From positions 1 through 29,948 of IMG/VR virus record IMGVR_UViG_3300020528_000009: DNA of 29,948 bases; one strand, written 5' to 3'. Position numbers and translations under genes: made by a program. Shown piece after piece: positions 1 through 9,216 of this stretch. Every line of letters starts with the position of its first letter. Positions within the stretch are counted from its first letter, which is position 1. The notes beneath the pieces were generated by a model. It ran no database searches. It had not been told where the DNA came from and was given only the letters and a program-made list of their open reading frames with translations. This stretch comes from a virus (Duplodnaviria; Caudoviricetes).

Positions 1-318
1 CTACAAGCTCTTGCTACCGGCATGCCAGTTATTTCAACAGGTTTGTGGTGCTCATATAAAGATCTCTTGGGTAGAAATATCATAGATGCTAAATTGGGAA
101 AGACACAGAACACTGGCTATACATGTGGAGATGTTGTCCTTCCCGAAATTGATTCTTTAATTTATTTAATGAGAAGAGTAGTGGATAATTTTGATGACGA
201 AATAAATTATTACTTTAATCAAGCACCATCTGTTTATGCAAGGTACAATTGGCAAACAAGGTGCGATGAGTTCCTCAAGTCTGTAGTGAAAAGACTTGGC
301 ACAAAAACTTTTCACTAA
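1..318 (+). CDS. GT-B (GT4-like) glycosyltransferase, C-terminal part (5' truncated by window)
   Basis: Frame open from base 1: LQALATGMPVIST matches the GT4 'LEA.A.G.PVI.T' motif; ends with the typical 'Y.W' C-terminal helix. Confidence 0.75.
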   Translation, partial: LQALATGMPVISTGLWCSYKDLLGRNIIDAKLGKTQNTGYTCGDVVLPEIDSLIYLMRRVVDNFDDEINYYFNQAPSVYARYNWQTRCDEFLKSVVKRLGTKTFH

Positions 319-339
319 AAATATTCAATAAGGAGAAAA

Positions 340-1254
340 ATGTTAATAGTAGATAAAAGAAAAGGCGACAAGATGCCGGTGCATGATGTCATTCCTACGC
401 CAAGTGTAGGTTTGAACAGAGCTCTCGGTGGAGGTCTTAATACAGGTGCTACTCATCTGTTCTGGGGAAACCCATCGGTAGGTAAATCAACAATATGTTT
501 TAGAATTCTAGCAGAGGCGCAGAGTCGAGGATTCAGACCAGTAATTATCGATTCGGAATATTCTTTCAATGAAGAGTATGCCGCTAAGTGCGGGATTGAT
601 ATAAATGACATTGTTGTTATTCAATCAACAGTAGTGGAGGATATTCTTAGACACCTCCATCCTTACTTAAATCATGATGAAGAGAAGCATGTATTTCTAT
701 TTGACTCTCTCTCAAACATCATTAGACAAGAAGCATACGATAAACCAGAAGGTTCAAAAGCAATTGGATTGCTTGCAAGATCGCAAGGAGCTCTCCTACA
801 GCAGTTAGTTAACTATTTGCACAAAGAGAGGAATCTGATGATTTTTATTGCTCATCAAACTATGGACCTGAGTGGAATGTATGCAATCACAAAAGCCAAG
901 ATTGGCAACTCTGTGTATCACAATATGCACAACATAGTTAAACTTTTCCTTTCTCAATCGTCAAAGGAAATGGAGAGGGATGATCGTAACATGATTGTTT
1001 CTCAAAAGGTTGCTTGGACAATAGATAAGACTAAGCAGAGGGCTAGTATTGGAACCAAGGGGGACTACTATGTAATTCCTCAAGAAGCCAAGATTGACGA
1101 GTACAGAGAATTGCTAGACATAGCGATAGAAATGAATATCATTGAGCGCCGAGGTGCTTGGTACTTTTATGGCGAAGAGAAGTGGAATGGGATATCCAAG
1201 ATTGTCTTAACAGACAAGCAATTGGAAGAAATAAATGCTAAAATATTGGTGTGA
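340..1254 (+). CDS. recA: RecA/UvsX-like recombinase
   Basis: IPTPSVGLNRALGGG, Walker A GNPSVGKS, IDSE, Walker B FLFDS, C-terminal IIERRGAWYFY; AGGAG SD upstream. Confidence 0.92.
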   Translation: MLIVDKRKGDKMPVHDVIPTPSVGLNRALGGGLNTGATHLFWGNPSVGKSTICFRILAEAQSRGFRPVIIDSEYSFNEEYAAKCGIDINDIVVIQSTVVEDILRHLHPYLNHDEEKHVFLFDSLSNIIRQEAYDKPEGSKAIGLLARSQGALLQQLVNYLHKERNLMIFIAHQTMDLSGMYAITKAKIGNSVYHNMHNIVKLFLSQSSKEMERDDRNMIVSQKVAWTIDKTKQRASIGTKGDYYVIPQEAKIDEYRELLDIAIEMNIIERRGAWYFYGEEKWNGISKIVLTDKQLEEINAKILV

Positions 1255-1379
1255 TTAAGAAAATACCAATTATTGGGCTTGCAGTAGTGTCAGCTATTAT
1301 GGGTCTGGGTGCTATTGCATTCATATCTATTGTAAAAGCAATTGATGAAGCACATGATCACGATTATTTCTGGGAGTGA
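1251..1379 (+). CDS. small membrane protein (42 aa), not in ORF track
   Basis: GTG..TGA, MIKKIPIIGLAVVSAIMGLGAIAFISIVKAIDEAHDHDYFWE; one hydrophobic span; exactly fills the recA-nuclease gap. Confidence 0.7.
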   Translation: MIKKIPIIGLAVVSAIMGLGAIAFISIVKAIDEAHDHDYFWE

Positions 1380-1381
1380 AT

Positions 1382-1780
1382 ATGTACGAGTATAGAGTAA
1401 AAAAAGTTTTAAAGGTTGTTGATGGAGACACCATTGATGTTGATCTTGATTTAGGGTTTGACATTTCTTTCACACAAAGAGTTCGTTTGGCAGGTATTGA
1501 TACGCCAGAGTCTCGCACAACTGACAAATATGAAAAAACTTTAGGTCTTGAGGTCAAAGATAAACTTAAGAAAGCTGTTGAGGCAGCCAATGTCATTGTT
1601 ATCAGAACAGAAAAGCCTGACAGCACAGAGAAGTATGGTCGAATACTTGGTTGGGTATTCCTAGACGGAAATCCAATATCTATTAACCAAGCATTGATTG
1701 ATGAAGGTTTCGCATGGCCTTACATGGGTGAGACTAAAGTGAAAGATTTTGAAGCACTTTTAGCAAAAAGGAAAAAATAA
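1382..1780 (+). CDS. thermonuclease (SNase-like) family protein
   Basis: VVDGDTIDV, VRLAGIDTPE, KYGRILG, INQALIDEGFA motifs. Confidence 0.92.
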   Translation: MYEYRVKKVLKVVDGDTIDVDLDLGFDISFTQRVRLAGIDTPESRTTDKYEKTLGLEVKDKLKKAVEAANVIVIRTEKPDSTEKYGRILGWVFLDGNPISINQALIDEGFAWPYMGETKVKDFEALLAKRKK

Positions 1781-1782
1781 AA

Positions 1783-2043
1783 ATGAAGGTGTGGATTGAT
1801 CAAGACCTTTGCACAGGGGATGGTCTTTGTGCAGAGATTGCGCCCGCAGTCTTTTTTCCCCAAGATGACGGTTTGTTTTATGTCAAAGAGTCAGCAGAGT
1901 ATTATGGGAATGAAAAACTTTTTGATGGTAAAACTAATCCGGCAATGGGGGAAGGTGTTGCCAGAGTACCTGATAGTCTTGTTGATGATGTAATTGAGGC
2001 AGCAGAAGAATGCCCTGGCGAATGCATTTTTATTGAGTTATAA
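1783..2043 (+). CDS. single-cluster ferredoxin (actinobacterial type)
   Basis: MKVWIDQDLCTGDGLCAEIAP...AAEECPGECI: CxxDxxC...CP cluster motif. Confidence 0.9.
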   Translation: MKVWIDQDLCTGDGLCAEIAPAVFFPQDDGLFYVKESAEYYGNEKLFDGKTNPAMGEGVARVPDSLVDDVIEAAEECPGECIFIEL

Positions 2044-2071
2044 ATAGAAAAATAATATAGAAAGTTGAAAT

Positions 2072-2371
2072 ATGAAAAGAACAGAAAAAGATGAAATCAA
2101 AAGAGATCATGCCAAGCCTGTTAAGAATTCAGGCAGGGGTTTTCGTAAAGGAGATGCTGAGTTCCATGAATTCCTTTTAGATTACAAACATAACGGCTCA
2201 TCGTTTACGCTAACTCGTCTTGCATGGATGAAGATGCGAAAAGACGCTTGGAAAGCAAACCATAAGTATCCTTGTATATCAGTAGTTCTGGGTGAAGATT
2301 CCGATGTTAAAGTCGCCATTATTGAATGGCATGTGTTTCAAGAACTAATTATTGATAGTAATTATGAGTAA
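2072..2371 (+). CDS. PD-(D/E)XK nuclease, Holliday-junction-resolvase-like
   Basis: NSGRG..KGD...FLLDYK pattern typical of small phage resolvases. Confidence 0.65.
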   Translation: MKRTEKDEIKRDHAKPVKNSGRGFRKGDAEFHEFLLDYKHNGSSFTLTRLAWMKMRKDAWKANHKYPCISVVLGEDSDVKVAIIEWHVFQELIIDSNYE

Positions 2372-2552
2372 CAACACTACTGGTGAAATGCCAGACCTCC
2401 CTATTGAACAAAAGTCTTTAGAGCAGCGTAGAGTAATAAAATTTTGGATTGATTACTGTCATAGCCTTGAAGAAAAAAACAGAGAGCTGAGAGAAGAACT
2501 TGCCGAATTCCGTAAACTTCTGCCAGATTATAAGCAAAAGAAAGTTATATAA
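2364..2552 (+). CDS. hypothetical protein (coiled-coil C-terminus)
   Basis: Overlapping operon-like packing. Confidence 0.55.
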   Translation: MSNNTTGEMPDLPIEQKSLEQRRVIKFWIDYCHSLEEKNRELREELAEFRKLLPDYKQKKVI

Positions 2553-2557
2553 AACAA

Positions 2558-3184
2558 ATGCCAGAGCTTAACGCCAATGTTCCTATGATTGAATGCTATG
2601 TCAGAGGAAACTTTTTGAGAGATCAATTGGACTCTCACGATAAATATTTCCCTTGTATGATTTTTGGAGTCACAAGTATTCAGGGGAGAAGCCCCCTATT
2701 TCATTTTCTAATGGAGGATGGTGGTATTTGGTGGAGAATGCCTATAAACGCTTTCTGTGAAAGACCGGGTGTCCCTGAAGTCGACATCCACGAACTTGTC
2801 CTATGGAATTCTTTCAGCCCTCATGTAGCGGTTACTGAATTCCAAGCAATGAGGAATATGAGAATGACTTATGTTGCTCGCTCTGGAGAGTTTGTCAACA
2901 CAAAATATTTATTTACGCTTGATTGGCATGCTCCAGATGACAACACTATAAATCTTGGGTTTAGTACAAATCCTGGTCAACACAAATGTGGTCATGTAAT
3001 GCTTAGAGATGATGGCAACTATGCCATACAGCCGAATAATAGAGTTAGACTATTTGATCCATCTTTTACAACCAAAACAGGAACTCTAATTGAAAGATTT
3101 GTCAATACTAGAAAATGGGATGTTGAAGACGCTAACAAATGGAAAACATCTGATGACAACAGATACCACTATGACATCGAGTGA
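2558..3184 (+). CDS. conserved phage hypothetical protein
   Basis: NAN.P...CYVR, YLFTLDW, HKCGH, GNYAIQPNNR motifs recalled from a widespread uncharacterised phage family. Confidence 0.75.
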   Translation: MPELNANVPMIECYVRGNFLRDQLDSHDKYFPCMIFGVTSIQGRSPLFHFLMEDGGIWWRMPINAFCERPGVPEVDIHELVLWNSFSPHVAVTEFQAMRNMRMTYVARSGEFVNTKYLFTLDWHAPDDNTINLGFSTNPGQHKCGHVMLRDDGNYAIQPNNRVRLFDPSFTTKTGTLIERFVNTRKWDVEDANKWKTSDDNRYHYDIE

Positions 3185-3338
3185 TGGAAGAAAAAAACTT
3201 GAGCAACGCTACGGAATGGAAATCGTGGTGGTATGCTGTCGTGAGTGGAAGACGCACTACGGAAATGGACATTTCGGTAAATGCGGAATCTGTCATCAAC
3301 AACCAAAACTAATGTCAGGAAAAAAATGGGACAATTAA
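3171..3338 (+). CDS. small Cys/His-rich hypothetical protein
   Basis: CCREW..H...H..CGIC; fills the gap before the methyltransferase. Confidence 0.55.
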   Translation: MTSSDGRKKLEQRYGMEIVVVCCREWKTHYGNGHFGKCGICHQQPKLMSGKKWDN

Positions 3339-4627
3339 CTTACGGAAGTCTATTTGCAGGAGTCGGCGGATTCGATTTAGGATTTGATTCAGCAGGTTGG
3401 GATTGTAAGTTCCAAGTTGAATGGGATAAGCATTGCCAAAGTGTATTGAAGAAGCACTGGCCTAGTGTGCCTAAGTTTGAAGATGTAAGAGATGTCAATG
3501 GCGCAGTCTTACCACCAGTTGATTTAATATCATTTGGTTCACCATGCCAAGACTTATCCGTAGCGGGTAAGCGTTCAGGACTTGAGGGAAATCGTTCAGG
3601 TCTATTTTTTGAAGCAATTAGAATAATAAAGGAGATGCGTAATGCAACCAATAATCAATATCCAAAATGGGCAATCTGGGAAAATGTACCCGGTGCCCTC
3701 ACAAGTAATAATGGAAAAGACTTCGGAGAAGTCCTTGACCAAATGGCAAACATCGGGGCATTGGGAATTGAATGGCACATCTTGGATGCACAGTGGTTCG
3801 GAGTCCCCCAGCGTAGAAGACGAGTATTCGTCATCGCTAGTTGGGATTCTTCAGCCCTTGAGCGAAGTGGTGGAAAAATTCTACCTGTCCCCGAAGACAG
3901 CAGGGGGGATATTAAGAAGAGCCGAAAGAAAAGGAAACAGGCTTCCAGAGCCGTTGAGACAAGCGTTAGTGAACCTATCTGGTACGGAAAAACTGGATTC
4001 AGTAAGTACGAAGAAGGCGGAGTAAGCCTCTCAGCATCTGATTATAAAAGACCAGATATGAACTTCATACTGGAGCCTTATGTTAAATCCAAGAGAGCAC
4101 AAAGCACAGAGGATGACGAGTCTTGGATTACGAATGCCGTAGCGCCAACTTTAAATGCTTTTGATAATACAGGAGATAGCCGCTCAACTGTAATAATAGT
4201 TGATGGAACAAGAGTTAATGATGTTCGTATATACGAAGATGGAATTATGCCAACATTGAAGCACAGAATGGGCACAGGTGGTGGACAAGTCCCTCTTATT
4301 GGTGAGCAGGTTGCTATCCCCATTCAGGGCACAATTATTGGAAGAGCAGATACCTCTGGTCCACAAGGCAAGGGCTTTGGCGAGGTTGGCGATCCTTCCT
4401 ATACCCTTGATACAATTTCACAACACGGTGTCTGCACACCGGAGTTGGTTTTAAGAAGATTGACACCGTTAGAGTGCGAAAGGTTGATGGGGTTCCCTGA
4501 TGACCATACAAGGCTCACCGCAGATGATAAGATAATTGCTGACACAAATCGCTACAAGATGTGTGGTAACGCCATTGCATCACCAGTAGCAGAGTGGATA
4601 GGGAAGGAAATTAAAAAATGGATATAA
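3326..4627 (+). CDS. dcm: DNA (cytosine-5)-methyltransferase
   Basis: Motif I SLFAGVGG, IV GSPCQDLS, VI WENVPG, VIII QRRRRVF, IX RRLTPLECERLMGFP, X YKMCGNA. Confidence 0.95.
   Translation: MGQLTYGSLFAGVGGFDLGFDSAGWDCKFQVEWDKHCQSVLKKHWPSVPKFEDVRDVNGAVLPPVDLISFGSPCQDLSVAGKRSGLEGNRSGLFFEAIRIIKEMRNATNNQYPKWAIWENVPGALTSNNGKDFGEVLDQMANIGALGIEWHILDAQWFGVPQRRRRVFVIASWDSSALERSGGKILPVPEDSRGDIKKSRKKRKQASRAVETSVSEPIWYGKTGFSKYEEGGVSLSASDYKRPDMNFILEPYVKSKRAQSTEDDESWITNAVAPTLNAFDNTGDSRSTVIIVDGTRVNDVRIYEDGIMPTLKHRMGTGGGQVPLIGEQVAIPIQGTIIGRADTSGPQGKGFGEVGDPSYTLDTISQHGVCTPELVLRRLTPLECERLMGFPDDHTRLTADDKIIADTNRYKMCGNAIASPVAEWIGKEIKKWI
3642..4025 (+). CDS. alternative-frame gene nested in dcm, M.EcoHK31I beta-polypeptide-like
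   Basis: Own SD AAGGAG (3629-3634) 7 nt before ATG; LVGILQ..KFYLSPK..GILRRAERKG..LPEPL.QAL motif recalled from nested MTase ORFs. Confidence 0.65.
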   Translation: MQPIINIQNGQSGKMYPVPSQVIMEKTSEKSLTKWQTSGHWELNGTSWMHSGSESPSVEDEYSSSLVGILQPLSEVVEKFYLSPKTAGGILRRAERKGNRLPEPLRQALVNLSGTEKLDSVSTKKAE

Positions 4628-4935
4628 TTGTTAATGAAGAATGGCTTGCGTCACAGATGGGTGATAAAGCAAAGGAATTCATTGAGTGCATGAGGATTGT
4701 TCAGGATATTATTGATAATCCGGATCATTATGTTGGAATGCAAGCAATTAAGTATGCTAATGTTTTAGCTGCTTATAGGACACAAATGATTATTAAATCT
4801 CAAGCATTCAAGAGAAAATCAAGTATTATGAATGAACAAGATAAACTTGTTAACGATATTTGGAAGACGATGTATGAAGCATTGTCAGAAAACATAAATG
4901 CACTAAAAATTTCAGGTAAAGGAACTTATAATTGA
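4618..4935 (+). CDS. hypothetical helical protein
   Basis: SD AAGGA; overlaps both neighbours. Confidence 0.7.
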   Translation: MDIIVNEEWLASQMGDKAKEFIECMRIVQDIIDNPDHYVGMQAIKYANVLAAYRTQMIIKSQAFKRKSSIMNEQDKLVNDIWKTMYEALSENINALKISGKGTYN

Positions 4936-5651
4936 AATCACTAAACAAACTTAAAGCACCCAAAGTAGAGAAGGTGCTCAAGTCTCATGAGCAAGTAACG
5001 GCAGAGTTGCTACTTGCTATTGACGACAATTTGGAAAAGAGAAATGCGCCGGCAATGAAGAAAGTCGGTGGTTTCCACCCTAGCTATACAAACCAGTGTG
5101 CAAGATATTGGCACTATCTGTTTCAGGGTCAAGAGGTAACTACTTCTTTTAGACCACAAACTTATAGAATATTTGACAATGGACATGCTGTCCATGAAAG
5201 GCTTTATAGTTATCTGAGAGAGATGGGTATCCTTGTTGCAGAGGAAATCCCTGTTAATTATTCAAATCCCCCAATTGAGGGCACAGCTGATGGTATAATT
5301 GACTGGTATGGTCATAAACTTATTGAGCTGAAGTCAATCAGCGCAGAAGGTTTTAACTATAGACAGATTTATAACAAGCCCAAAGACGATCACTATAGGC
5401 AGGCGCAAATCTATATGAGATGCCTAGACTTGCCAAGTGGTTATGTAATTTACGAAAATAAAAACAATCAAGAAATTTTGCCTATCTTTATAGAGCGAGA
5501 TGACGAGTTTATCGACAAACTCTTTAAAAAATATAATGGTATATATACCGACTTCTTAGAAGGTAATATGCCAAAGCAGCCTTACAAGCGCACATCTGCA
5601 AAATGTGCTCAATGTGATTTGGCTGATAAATGCTGGTCGGGGGATGTTTAG
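4932..5651 (+). CDS. Cas4-like / RecB-family PD-(D/E)XK exonuclease
   Basis: HPS..QCAR, G.AVH, GTADG, IELKS, QAQIYM and C-terminal CxxC-x5-C. Confidence 0.88.
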   Translation: MKSLNKLKAPKVEKVLKSHEQVTAELLLAIDDNLEKRNAPAMKKVGGFHPSYTNQCARYWHYLFQGQEVTTSFRPQTYRIFDNGHAVHERLYSYLREMGILVAEEIPVNYSNPPIEGTADGIIDWYGHKLIELKSISAEGFNYRQIYNKPKDDHYRQAQIYMRCLDLPSGYVIYENKNNQEILPIFIERDDEFIDKLFKKYNGIYTDFLEGNMPKQPYKRTSAKCAQCDLADKCWSGDV

Positions 5652-5952
5652 AGAAGAACCAAGAATATGCGGGAATGACAAGTGCAATAATGTATTTGTT
5701 GCAAAAGTCTATAATGCTTTATATTGCAGTGTTGAATGTAGAAGATTAGTTACTAATAAAAAATTATTAGAAAAGTATTATGAAACTAAAGAAAACAAGC
5801 ACAAAAAAAGAGTTTGCAAGACTAAATTGTGCACAACCATTTTATCTTCTTATAACAAAGAATCAATTTGTGAACAATGCAAAAAAGAAAGATATATAAA
5901 AAGACTTGTTTCTTGGGGATATGACGAAGAAAAACTTAGAAAAGAGGTATAA
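5644..5952 (+). CDS. Cys-rich putative zinc-binding protein
   Basis: C..C, YCS.EC, C....C, C..C clusters. Confidence 0.7.
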   Translation: MFREEPRICGNDKCNNVFVAKVYNALYCSVECRRLVTNKKLLEKYYETKENKHKKRVCKTKLCTTILSSYNKESICEQCKKERYIKRLVSWGYDEEKLRKEV

Positions 5953-5959
5953 TATCTAA

Positions 5960-6535
5960 GTGAGTCTTAGAGATATTGTACAAAAAGAAAAATGGGAAAA
6001 AGTCTTGGCTATTGACCCGGCATCTCATTCCTTAGCTTGGGCAATCTTGTCTTGGGATAAAGAACTGATTGCAACTGGTAAAATTGATTTATCAAAAGAA
6101 AAACAGCAATCAGAGAAATTTAATAAGATTAAGAAAGAATTGATTGAAGTTGTTGATCAATATTCTCCAGATGTTGCTGTAATTGAGCAATCTGTTTATA
6201 TCCAAAACTTTCAAACAAGTAGAATTATTTCGTATATAATAGGTTTTACTTGGGGAATTATCTCCGATAGGTGCAGAAAAATTGAAGATGTAAGCCCTCT
6301 TTCGTGGAAGCCAGCTATTGGCTATAAAAATGTTACAAAGAAAGATGGACTTGATTTGGATAAGAATGGTGCAAAAGGTTCAATGCAAATTAAAATGAAA
6401 AACGAAAGAAAAAATAGAGTAAGAGAAATTGTTAGTGTTGCTTTTGGCAAAGACACTGATGGAATTGATGATGACGACATTGTTGACGCAATTGGGATTT
6501 CTCTATGGTACTGGAAGGTGAAGAAGAATGGCTGA
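5960..6535 (+). CDS. RuvC-like Holliday junction resolvase
   Basis: LAIDP, VIEQ, P.SWK, DD.VDAIGI catalytic motifs. Confidence 0.88.
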   Translation: MSLRDIVQKEKWEKVLAIDPASHSLAWAILSWDKELIATGKIDLSKEKQQSEKFNKIKKELIEVVDQYSPDVAVIEQSVYIQNFQTSRIISYIIGFTWGIISDRCRKIEDVSPLSWKPAIGYKNVTKKDGLDLDKNGAKGSMQIKMKNERKNRVREIVSVAFGKDTDGIDDDDIVDAIGISLWYWKVKKNG

Positions 6536-6824
6536 TGAACCGTACAAGGATCAGACATGGCTTTATGAGCATTATGTGAAGAAGCGCATGAACCTCACCG
6601 ATATTGTAAAGGTTCTTCAGCAAAGTTATGGCATCAGTGTGTCCCCGCAGGCTATTTATAACTGGTGTAAAAAATATGATCTTTTAAAGTTTAGAGGTAA
6701 GGGAAGAAACTTATCAGCAACAGCTTTAAGAAGGCCCAAATCCCCTATGCAACTTGAAGTAGAAAAGCGTAGGCGTGATCAGGCAAAACAAACAAGAGCA
6801 AGAAAAAAAGGAATGGGAAGATGA
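6528..6824 (+). CDS. helix-turn-helix DNA-binding protein
   Basis: WLYEHY...LTDIV......VSPQAIYNWCKK HTH pattern, basic tail. Confidence 0.7.
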   Translation: MADEPYKDQTWLYEHYVKKRMNLTDIVKVLQQSYGISVSPQAIYNWCKKYDLLKFRGKGRNLSATALRRPKSPMQLEVEKRRRDQAKQTRARKKGMGR

Positions 6825-7576
6825 AAAGAAGTGTTGTCGCAAAAGATATTATAACTTTTGCAAAACTAGATATGTTATATAACCAAGTGCGTGTTATCGA
6901 GGCAAAGCAGAATGCTACTAAGTACAAATGCCTTGGCTCCGGGGAATGTTGCAAGATTGGTCTTGTAATACCAATGACTGAATGTGCAAATATCGCATTT
7001 AGAATTACTCAAGAGTATTATTTGAAAATGGAAAGCACTGGCCAAGAAAGTGCTGATGCGTGGATTCTAGAAGTAATTGAATCACTTAAAGAAGCCATGT
7101 ACGATGAAACTTGGAAAGACGGTGGAGAAACGAAGAGACATTGTGCTTTTTATAAAAACGGTTGCACCGTTTATGGATATCGACCATTGGTGTGCCGGAC
7201 ATTTGGAACAATCACAAGTGTTGATGAGTTCTGTCCACGAATTAGGAATGCAAATGGCGAGATTGATCACTTTGTAGGAGAACCTGTTCAGAAAGTTATT
7301 AAGCAGTACCAAGACTTGCTTGATGAATATGCAAAAGATAAGCATGAAAACTATGATATGAGTTTGTATATGCCATTAGGTGTCCTCAGTTTCCTACTTG
7401 AAACAGAAGAATTGCAGAAACTCGCAGAGGTTACTGATGAGAAATTTTGGATTGGGACATCTGGCTGGTACAACTATCGTGTTCAGTACACAAAACTTCA
7501 TGGCTATTCTGTTGTTGAGCTTAGAAAAGCTGCAAAAGACAGAGGCAAAGAATTAGCTTTTGAAACAGAAGAGTGA
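6821..7576 (+). CDS. YkgJ/CxxCxxCC-family Cys-cluster protein
   Basis: CLGSGECC...CAFY..GCTVY..RPLVCRTFG...CP. Confidence 0.8.
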   Translation: MKRSVVAKDIITFAKLDMLYNQVRVIEAKQNATKYKCLGSGECCKIGLVIPMTECANIAFRITQEYYLKMESTGQESADAWILEVIESLKEAMYDETWKDGGETKRHCAFYKNGCTVYGYRPLVCRTFGTITSVDEFCPRIRNANGEIDHFVGEPVQKVIKQYQDLLDEYAKDKHENYDMSLYMPLGVLSFLLETEELQKLAEVTDEKFWIGTSGWYNYRVQYTKLHGYSVVELRKAAKDRGKELAFETEE

Positions 7577-7579
7577 TTC

Positions 7580-8653
7580 GTGAAAATCATTTGGAATGGC
7601 ACTAGCGTTTCTCAAGAGCGCAATGAGGGCTACAAGGTAGCCGAAGATGAGATTCATAGTCGTCTTGTAGGGAAGGGAATGGACATTGAAAGAACATGTC
7701 TTATACCATCCGACATTCAAGACTTGTCACTACTCGGTATTGAATATCAATCTAGTGCATCAATCAACATTGAAGCAGATGTATTCATAAATAATAGATT
7801 ACCTCTTGACTATACTGTATCGAATAAGTACAACATTGGTTTTTCATATTGGGAAACAAGTAAACTACCAAGTGATTGGGTTTCTCGAATGAATCAAATG
7901 GATGAGATATGGACAACATCTCTTTGGGCAAAGAATGTTTTTGAAGAATCCGGAGTAACAGTTCCTGTTTTCAATTTCAGACTTGGAGTTAATAAACTGT
8001 TCAGTCCCAAGAGAAGGTTTGCTTCCTTTGTAGATAATAAATTCACTTTCCTTTGTATTGGATCACCATCGACTCGCAAGAACACTCAGATGACTGTGGA
8101 TGCTTTTATAAAGATATTTTCAGGCGATGAGAGTATAAGACTTCTTTATAAGAGCATAGACGCTCCTGATGCCCGATGGTATAAATCTGGAGAGATGCTC
8201 GCTATCGAAAAACATCCTCAAATAGATGTGATTGATAAAGATGTCTCAATGGAAGAATTGAGCAATATTTATGACTTATGTGATTGTGTTGTCTATCCAA
8301 CAAGCGGAGAAGGTTGGGGGATGCTTCCTTATCAGGGTATAGCAAAAGGTATCCCAACAATTTGCACCAATGCAACTGCTTGTACAGAGTATGCAGAGTT
8401 ATCAGTCCCATTAGAGTTTGAAGATAGTTCTATCAATATGAATGGCATTTATAGTGACTGTGGTACTTGGGCAAAGCCAAAATTTGATGATTTATGTGCT
8501 AAAATGTTATATGTATACAATAACTACGATGTAGTTTCTGATTATACATTTAACAATGCCGTACTAAATGAACAGACTATGAGCTGGGATTCTGCTGCAG
8601 AAGGGTACTACGAAAGATTATGTCAGATATCGAAAGAACTGAAAAGACCTTAA
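7580..8653 (+). CDS. GT-B (GT4-like) glycosyltransferase
   Basis: WETSKLP, DEIWT.S, RKN, YPTSGEGWGMLPYQGIAKGIPTI. Confidence 0.88.
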   Translation: MKIIWNGTSVSQERNEGYKVAEDEIHSRLVGKGMDIERTCLIPSDIQDLSLLGIEYQSSASINIEADVFINNRLPLDYTVSNKYNIGFSYWETSKLPSDWVSRMNQMDEIWTTSLWAKNVFEESGVTVPVFNFRLGVNKLFSPKRRFASFVDNKFTFLCIGSPSTRKNTQMTVDAFIKIFSGDESIRLLYKSIDAPDARWYKSGEMLAIEKHPQIDVIDKDVSMEELSNIYDLCDCVVYPTSGEGWGMLPYQGIAKGIPTICTNATACTEYAELSVPLEFEDSSINMNGIYSDCGTWAKPKFDDLCAKMLYVYNNYDVVSDYTFNNAVLNEQTMSWDSAAEGYYERLCQISKELKRP

Positions 8654-9216
8654 TTGAAAAATTGAAAGATGTTGAAGAAGTTGGACTTCTTCACATAAAA
8701 GGCTATTCAATGCATGAAATTGCTTCATTGATGGCATTAAAGACTAATGATGTAAAATCCTACATTGATGAGTATAAGAAGATACTTAATCGTCAAGCCG
8801 AGGAAGACCCCTATTTTCTTGAAAGAGTGCAATTCAATACTGTAAAGGCACTTCAAGAGTTTGACCAGTTGAGCAAAGAGGCTTGGGAAACAATCAACAT
8901 TGCGACAGATCATGGAATGGTTCCGGCAAGAATTTCTGCAATTAAACTTGCTGGTGAACTGGCAACAAAGAAAGCCCAGTTGCATAAACTTTTGGGTATT
9001 AACACATCTGATGGTGAATACATTGCACGAATGCAGAAGGCAGAGAATGTTAACCAAATACTTTCAAGAGTCTTGCGAGATGTTATCTCTAAGTACCCAG
9101 AGATTGCTGATGCTGTGAGAAGAGAACTGGCAATAGCTTTTGAAATCATGGCTGAGGTTGAGGTCGTTGATGCCGATAGTGAGGAAATTAGCGATGCAGA
9201 AATTATTGAGTCATAA
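8620..9216 (+). CDS. HTH-containing helical protein, probable terminase small subunit
   Basis: N-terminal KGYSMHEIASLM HTH, helical body, position directly upstream of TerL. Confidence 0.6.
   Translation: MSDIERTEKTLIEKLKDVEEVGLLHIKGYSMHEIASLMALKTNDVKSYIDEYKKILNRQAEEDPYFLERVQFNTVKALQEFDQLSKEAWETINIATDHGMVPARISAIKLAGELATKKAQLHKLLGINTSDGEYIARMQKAENVNQILSRVLRDVISKYPEIADAVRRELAIAFEIMAEVEVVDADSEEISDAEIIES

Noticed and set aside
4932-5651. Cas4-like gene as sign of a CRISPR-Cas locus
   Set aside because: No repeat-spacer array or other cas genes seen; solo Cas4-like exonucleases are routine in phage recombination modules.
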